A stretch of 8,598 nt of DNA from a virus. Lineage: Duplodnaviria; Heunggongvirae; Uroviricota; Caudoviricetes. Shown here one piece after another: positions 4,605-8,598 of this stretch. Under the pieces are notes generated by a model, which saw only the letters and a program-made list of their open reading frames with translations, had not been told where the DNA came from and did not search any database. The stretch lies in the IMG/VR virus record IMGVR_UViG_2802429224_000018, one strand, 5' to 3'. The stretch's first letter is position 1. Each line of letters begins with the position of its first letter. The position numbers and the translations under genes are program-made.

Positions 4605-6723
4605 GAAAAGCGACAATACCAACGCGGGCTAGATTTTTCTTCTCGTCCGCTGATAGCGTATTTACCCAATCCCTATATGGTTTCACTTTCTGCATTGAAG
4701 CATCCACCGATTTCCTAGAGGCTGGGGTGCTGGCGTGACCTGCGGCAATCCTTTTTGAGAGATTTTTAAAAGCCGGAGATGCTATTAATTCATCAGCGGC
4801 AGCCATTCTTGAGTTTTTACCAGAACGGAGGAGGCTAAAGAGTACCCCTGCCGTACCGGCTCCAGGCGCTCCAATGGCTGTGGTTAGCCCTTCTGCTTTA
4901 GCCACGTCTTTTCCTATTCCATATATACGCCCAAGCATTCCCTTCTCTCCTGCGAACTGATTCATCATCCGGTCAATTTGAGAGGAGGAATACACCTTCT
5001 CGCTGCCCACCCTTTGCATGCCAGAAGCCACCTCATAGATGTTTCTCAACCTACGCGTAGCCGGATAGCCAATTGCCCGGCTCAATGCCTGCATATTTGA
5101 TTTGTTTCTTGATAGCCCTTCATACCACTTAACAAACCCAGGAACACCAAGTGACTGCCCGGGAGATTTAGCGAACGTAGTGAAAGCCCTATTCATTGCG
5201 GTGGCAACAGCTGGTTGCACCATGTCATCAGGAAGATTTGAAACTAGGCGACGGAAGTCACCTCCCTTTCCTTGAGACATATCGACGATAGCTTGCTGTA
5301 ATTGCGGCACTATTCCTTTATCCAAGTCTCTGCCAAGATTTTGAACAGCGGCTGCCTGTACTGCGAATCTCTTTCTCCCGATCTCTCTAGCTAAATTCCA
5401 TGTATCCTCTGCACCATATTTGGCAGCAGCGGCTCCCTGATCTTGTATCAGTGCGCTTTCAATAATTCCAAGGTGCCGAGCGTCGATGCCGCTATATGGC
5501 CCTTTATCCATCTCTTTGCCAAGAGCCCTTCCAACCTGTCGTCGAACTGCATCAAGAAGACCATAAGTCGGGGCGGTGTTTGGGTCTATTTGTTCCAAGG
5601 TCTTTGACAGTTGAGGATATAGCGATTTTAGTTTTTCTAGCCCACCGACATCATCTGCAATATCCTCAATGGCGTTAGTGGTATGGGTGGTATCTACGGT
5701 AGCTCTTGTTGGAATTTTTGCTCTAATTTGATTGTATAGAGTGTCTTCTTGGCGCTTCAGGTTTGATCTTAACTCCTCATAAGAGCTTTTTACCTTTTGA
5801 TTGATAAAGTCCTTATCAACGCTCCCACCAAAATCATTAATAAATTTATCTGCCTGCTCTCCAAGCCTACTAATGGCCTCTCGCTGTGCGTGGAACAGTT
5901 TATTCCCTGGGGTTGCAGCTAAAGCATTTTCAAACGCGCGGTAAGAAGGGTTGCTGGAGTACATGCCGGGAGTTAAGGCATCTTCCATCCCAAGATTGCG
6001 GGCGGCCTGTAGCACAGAATCATCTGGTGAAACAGCTTTCGCGAGAGCATTTAAACCAGATCTGTTTCCTGTTATTGGATTCACATCTGTAGCTTTCGTT
6101 GCAACCCTCGCCATTCCACTAAGTTCAGATGCCTGAGACATTTCTGCCGATGGAGGCTTAAACCTCTTCGTAACCGCACTGGCTGCTTTGCTAATCACTG
6201 GAGATGCCAATTCAGCAATTGGACCAGCGGCAGCACCTATAGCCGCCCCTGTAGTTACATTGCCACCGGTTCCGTTAGCAACAACACCACCTTCAACAGC
6301 GCCAAGCCCTGCGGCGGCAGCCAGCCTTGCCGCCCCTTTCGGAACCTGAGAAATAATCCCACCACCACTAACAAATGGCGCTGCTTGTCCAACAAACTCA
6401 CCAACATCTTGTGCGGTTGATGGTTTTGCCGCTAACTTCTGCTGTAGAGACTGAATTGCGGCTTGCTCTTCTGGTGTCATATCCTGAAACAGGCCAACAC
6501 CTTTACCAATATCCATCAATCCACTGAGAACACCATACATAAAACGGTCGAAACCGTTAGCATTATTAACAACATTTTCCTGTCTGGAATTTTCCTCTGG
6601 CGAAACCAAAGGTGATTGCTGCTGTTCTGGTTGGGCATCAAGCACAAAACCATCAGGAAGCTGTGAGTTATCAGGCTGATTATCGAGAACAAAGCCTTCG
6701 GGTAAACCTACATCGGTTGCCAT
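4555..6723 (-). CDS. Ejection (DNA-transfer) protein, P22 gp16-like
   Basis: 722-aa ORF, ATG at 6723 with AGGAA 7 nt upstream, TAA at 4557-4555. It is the third of three consecutive late genes directly upstream of the immI module, matching the P22 order 7-20-16-(sieA)-mnt-arc-ant-9. Ala/Gly-rich internal stretches. The start overlaps the preceding gene's stop by 16 nt. Confidence 0.75.
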   Translation of the reverse strand: MATDVGLPEGFVLDNQPDNSQLPDGFVLDAQPEQQQSPLVSPEENSRQENVVNNANGFDRFMYGVLSGLMDIGKGVGLFQDMTPEEQAAIQSLQQKLAAKPSTAQDVGEFVGQAAPFVSGGGIISQVPKGAARLAAAAGLGAVEGGVVANGTGGNVTTGAAIGAAAGPIAELASPVISKAASAVTKRFKPPSAEMSQASELSGMARVATKATDVNPITGNRSGLNALAKAVSPDDSVLQAARNLGMEDALTPGMYSSNPSYRAFENALAATPGNKLFHAQREAISRLGEQADKFINDFGGSVDKDFINQKVKSSYEELRSNLKRQEDTLYNQIRAKIPTRATVDTTHTTNAIEDIADDVGGLEKLKSLYPQLSKTLEQIDPNTAPTYGLLDAVRRQVGRALGKEMDKGPYSGIDARHLGIIESALIQDQGAAAAKYGAEDTWNLAREIGRKRFAVQAAAVQNLGRDLDKGIVPQLQQAIVDMSQGKGGDFRRLVSNLPDDMVQPAVATAMNRAFTTFAKSPGQSLGVPGFVKWYEGLSRNKSNMQALSRAIGYPATRRLRNIYEVASGMQRVGSEKVYSSSQIDRMMNQFAGEKGMLGRIYGIGKDVAKAEGLTTAIGAPGAGTAGVLFSLLRSGKNSRMAAADELIASPAFKNLSKRIAAGHASTPASRKSVDASMQKVKPYRDWVNTLSADEKKNLARVGIVAFLSSNDSLPTEQQAGQQ

Positions 6724-8051
6724 TGTCCGTTCCTGTAAATGAGTTTCTGACCAGTTTTAGGGTTCGTTGCCGTCGCGCCTTCTGATATCCCACTTGGCGC
6801 AGCTTTTGTCTGCCCATTACCACCTTGTGGTGTAGGCTGCGCTGGGACATCGTCAAATAGCTTGGCCTTCCTTCTCCCTAAGCTTTTTTTCAGCCCCTGA
6901 GGAATAGTATCTCCATACGTATCCAGATATTCGTCTACCTGCTGGTTAAACTGCTGCCCCATAGCGTTGGCGTTAATTTTTGCTGCGTTAACAATGTTAT
7001 CCCTCGCTTCCTGTGACAAGCCATTCCCTGCATTAAGCTGGTCTACATATCCTTTTATCTGCCCCCATATGCCATCAGAGCGCATAACCTGAACCTGTTC
7101 ACCTTCGCGAACAACTGACTGAGGGTCGAGAGACTTCATGTAATTAAAGATAATCCCAAGTTGGGCAGCGCCAGTATTTACCTTGCTAAGGGCTTGCAGA
7201 GAGTTTGCCGCCGCTCTGACAGAGTTATAATTTTTGCCAAAATTGGTAATGTCAGAATTTAATCCCTTAATTAAGTCTGCTGACGGCTTACCTTTTTGCC
7301 CCAGCTCCATTAGCTTCAATCCCATCTCATCTGAGTGCATTTGTGCCCGCTGAGCCCTGTCTAGTTGAGCGTTCTGGATATTTGCCCATCCTCTCGCATT
7401 CTCCATATCAGCCTGACGGATGCTTTCATCCAATCGCCCTTTCTCAAGTTGGCGACCAACCATCTTATCCTGAACAGCAAACGCCTTTTCTGGTCCAAGC
7501 GCACCGAGAGACATAGTAGTCAGCATGTGTGATAGCTGCTCTGGATTCTGAATACCTGTCTGAATCATCCAGTCAGCATTCGCCCCCACGCGATTTAACC
7601 TGTCCTTGTTATCAGTAATGAATTTACTGTAGGCTTCCGGTCCCTGAGAAAGAGCGACGTTAGCCCTCATGGCTAAATCGCCCATATCGTTGCGTTGCTG
7701 CTCATTAAGACCGGAAAACGCCTGTTGTGCCTGTGTAACAAACGCTGGATTTTCCTGGGCAAACTTAAATAGTCCCGATGGATCACCAGAAGCCCATGCA
7801 TCAGCGTGAACCTTATTGAACGCATTAATCGCTTTCTGTTGCTGTTCCTGCTTATAAATATCAGCAACTCCAGCCAGACCACGTAACGCGGTCAGACCAA
7901 CGTTATTTGCACCTGAGCGAGCCAATTCATTGTTTTCGCGGATCAGACCAAGCGTTGCGTTAATGTCGCTTGCCTTTGGCGCATTCTCATTTTGCGTACC
8001 GATGCCAGCCAGAAAACCACCAGAATTAATACCCTGTTGCCACGTAGCCAT
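6708..8051 (-). CDS. Ejection (DNA-transfer) protein, P22 gp20-like
   Basis: 447-aa ORF (P22 gp20 is ~470 aa), ATG at 8051 with AAGGGG 7 nt upstream, TAG at 6710-6708. Middle gene of the three-gene ejection cluster. Confidence 0.75.
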   Translation of the reverse strand: MATWQQGINSGGFLAGIGTQNENAPKASDINATLGLIRENNELARSGANNVGLTALRGLAGVADIYKQEQQQKAINAFNKVHADAWASGDPSGLFKFAQENPAFVTQAQQAFSGLNEQQRNDMGDLAMRANVALSQGPEAYSKFITDNKDRLNRVGANADWMIQTGIQNPEQLSHMLTTMSLGALGPEKAFAVQDKMVGRQLEKGRLDESIRQADMENARGWANIQNAQLDRAQRAQMHSDEMGLKLMELGQKGKPSADLIKGLNSDITNFGKNYNSVRAAANSLQALSKVNTGAAQLGIIFNYMKSLDPQSVVREGEQVQVMRSDGIWGQIKGYVDQLNAGNGLSQEARDNIVNAAKINANAMGQQFNQQVDEYLDTYGDTIPQGLKKSLGRRKAKLFDDVPAQPTPQGGNGQTKAAPSGISEGATATNPKTGQKLIYRNGQWQPM

Positions 8052-8061
8052 TGATTACCCC

Positions 8062-8595
8062 TTAAAACAACGAGCCAAGCAATCCGATACCAGCACCAAT
8101 GCCAGCGCCCCAAGGTGTTGATGTTCCCAAAAGGCTGGCAAGACCTGCACCGGCAATCGCACCGGACGTTCCGCCACTAATTGCTGTCTGAAGACTTGAT
8201 GGTTTGTTGGCGTTAGCAGCGGCAAGTGCTGCGCTTTGCTGTGCAATGCTACTCATGTTGTTGGCGTATGTCTGCCCAGCGTTTGCCTGACCTTGCAACG
8301 CACCAAGGCCAATGTTTGCCAGATTGTTGTAGTTGCTCATTTGTCCAGATAGCCATTGCTGACCAAGCGTTGGTGCGATTGTTGCTAACTGATTACTGGT
8401 TGCGGTGGAACCCAATCCACCTGTTGCTTCCGCTGCAGCCAGACTCTGATAGCGAGCCTGACCTGCAAGGTCTTTATACTGCTGAGAGTTGTAATACTGG
8501 TTAAGCGCCTGACCTTGCCCTTCCAGAGACGATAAGTTCTCGAGGCTGCCGACATACTTCTCAGCCAGAGGAGTAAACGGTTTCAGGTTGTTCAT
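8062..8595 (-). CDS. Ejection (DNA-transfer) protein, P22 gp7-like; N-terminus at the window edge
   Basis: 177-aa ORF from the ATG at 8595-8593, TAA at 8064-8062. Gln/Asn/Ala/Gly-rich low-complexity sequence with a hydrophobic Gly/Ala/Leu C-terminal tail (GAIAGAGLASLLGTSTPWGAGIGAGIGLLGSLF), consistent with a membrane-inserting ejection protein. The reading frame is still open at 8598, so the true start may lie outside the window. Confidence 0.65.
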   Translation of the reverse strand: MNNLKPFTPLAEKYVGSLENLSSLEGQGQALNQYYNSQQYKDLAGQARYQSLAAAEATGGLGSTATSNQLATIAPTLGQQWLSGQMSNYNNLANIGLGALQGQANAGQTYANNMSSIAQQSAALAAANANKPSSLQTAISGGTSGAIAGAGLASLLGTSTPWGAGIGAGIGLLGSLF

Positions 8596-8598
8596 GAT

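Noticed and set aside
4440-4738. ORFs 4440-4622 (minus) and 4550-4738 (plus) from the track
   Set aside because: They overlap the 3' end of the secreted-protein gene, the mini-ORF and the gp16 3' end in alternative frames; Cys/Asn-rich products with no start signals.
5496-6136. Plus-strand ORFs 5496-5678, 5886-6092 and 5951-6136
   Set aside because: Antisense within the gp16-like gene; short, no ribosome-binding sites.
7673-8504. ORFs 7673-7882, 7930-8121, 8055-8246 and 8226-8504
   Set aside because: Alternative-frame or antisense ORFs inside the gp20-like and gp7-like genes; GC-rich coding sequence commonly yields such open frames.
1-8598. tRNA, rRNA, CRISPR array, insertion sequence, integrase or attachment site
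   Set aside because: No cloverleaf-like structures, regularly spaced direct repeats, terminal inverted repeats flanking a transposase, or recombinase-like ORF were seen; the int/att region of P22-like phages would lie beyond the tailspike, outside this window.

Overview
This window reads as part of a P22-like temperate podovirus or prophage from an enterobacterial host, identified by memory-based recognition and gene order rather than any database search. On the minus strand, in phage late-gene order, it carries three ejection-protein genes (gp7-, gp20- and gp16-like, 8595->4555), then an accessory cassette of small uncharacterised genes at the position where P22 carries sieA (3815-4604), then the immI immunity module (mnt on plus, divergent from arc-ant on minus, with a sar-like antisense RNA against the ant ribosome-binding site), and finally a mosaic tailspike gene (1980->1). 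Two elements are absent from the supplied ORF track and were found by reading the sequence: a 46-aa Arc-like repressor gene (3321-3461, minus) and a 22-aa hydrophobic mini-ORF with a strong ribosome-binding site (4536-4604, plus). The most likely place for something undescribed is the accessory cassette, which includes a signal-peptide protein and an ORF translationally coupled to the lysogen-expressed mnt repressor; I could not assign a function to any of its genes. No tRNA, rRNA, CRISPR array, transposase or integrase was seen.
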